From: Chiloscyllium plagiosum | Taxonomy: Eukaryota | NCBI RefSeq assembly: GCF_004010195.1 | Contig: NC_057752.1 | Span: forward strand, 8,889,478-8,937,834 | Length of the DNA stretch: 48,357 bases | Direction of reading: 5' to 3' | In this document: one piece after another, positions 47,549 to 48,357 of the stretch | How the letters are laid out: each line of letters starts with the position of its first letter | Numbering within the stretch: the stretch's first letter is position 1 | Program-made: the position numbers and the translations under genes | The notes under the pieces: generated by a model | Databases searched by the model: none | What the model saw: only the letters and a program-made list of their open reading frames with translations | Told to the model about the DNA's origin: nothing

Positions 47549-48357
47549 CAGTGCGCTATGTGCTTGATGTGGGAGGTCAACGACTCTGGTGTGTCTGGCT
47601 CGTATATGTGTGGAAAGTGTGTGCACATTCAGCTATTGACCGAGCATATTGCAGTGCTAATGAAAGAACTCGAGGGCCTTAGGCTTATCCGAGAGAATGA
47701 GATCTTTCTGGACAAGACCTTCAGCAAGGTTATTACACCAATCATGCCAGAAGAGAGCAGAAAAGAGCAGACGATGAGGCAGGCAGAGAGGAGACAGGTG
47801 CAAGAGACCCTGGGAGAAGTACCTGCCAGGAACAAGTTGAAGCTTTTGGAAACCGTAGAGACTGATGACACTGCCAGTTCGCAAGGCGGCCAGGTCTGTC
47901 AATCAAATGTTGGCGCAGAGGCAGAGCGGAAGAGTCGGACATCGCACAGAGCCGTGGTAATAGGGGACTCCATCGTGAGAGGAACTGACCGGGGTTTTTG
48001 TGGCAGCAGACGGGATTTAAGGATGGTGCGTTGCTTTCCTGGTGCTGGAGTGAAAGACATCGCGGACAGAGTGCAGGAAATCCTCAAGGATGAGGGTGAA
48101 GAGCCAGAGGTGGTGGTACATGTCAGCACAAATGATGTCGGGAAGAAGAGGAGGAACATACTACAGCGAGACTTCGGAGAACTAGGAAGAAGGCTGAAAA
48201 GCAGGACGTCCAAGGTGGTTATCTCCGGTTTGCTTCCAGTTCCTCGGGCTAGTGTGGCCAGAAACAGGGAGATAATGGACTTGAACGCGTGGTTGGGGAA
48301 CTGGTGCAGGAAGCAAGGATTTAAGTTCTTGGATCACTGGGATATATTTTGTGGTAA
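47549..48357 (+). mobile_element. CR1 ORF1 (Zn finger, coiled coil, SGNH esterase), stop-free to window end; not in ORF track
   Basis: 269 codons without a stop: CAMC...CGKC, LLTEHIAVLMKELEGL, VVIGDSIVRG, CFPGAGVKD, VHVSTNDV, VVISGLLPVP, LNAWLGNWC...FLDHW. Confidence 0.92.

Noticed and set aside
47629..48213. Ser/Leu-rich minus-strand ORFs
   Set aside because: Antisense shadows of CR1 ORF1.

Overview
Vertebrate genomic DNA; the repeat content (HER1-type CR1 LINEs, DeuSINE copies, Penelope-like elements) points to a shark or other elasmobranch (inference). The window holds seven coding exons, on the + strand, of a polypeptide N-acetylgalactosaminyltransferase best matching GALNT6: 10408-10898, 12361-12533, 29157-29306, 33936-34170, 40247-40364, 44091-44291 and 46035-46166. 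They join into 1500 nt / 500 aa in one frame; the ricin-lectin exons lie beyond the window. Introns and upstream DNA are dense in transposons: many CR1 fragments (including a nested cluster at about 14.9-25.3 kb and a stop-free ORF1 at the right edge), Neptune- and Poseidon-type Penelope-like elements, a Gypsy gag-protease relic, a Harbinger transposase relic and DeuSINEs. The most notable signal not shown in the ORF track is about nine minimal hammerhead-ribozyme motifs carried by Penelope pseudo-LTRs. They come with unusual junctions: 13-bp duplications around foreign cargo, a permuted ~197-nt unit and long hairpins. GALNT6 also shows splice-site oddities: an atypical GTTAAGTAT donor, a regenerated donor, and TE sequence next to two acceptors. 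Exon coordinates are exact; TE boundaries are approximate and family names come from motif recognition, not database searches.
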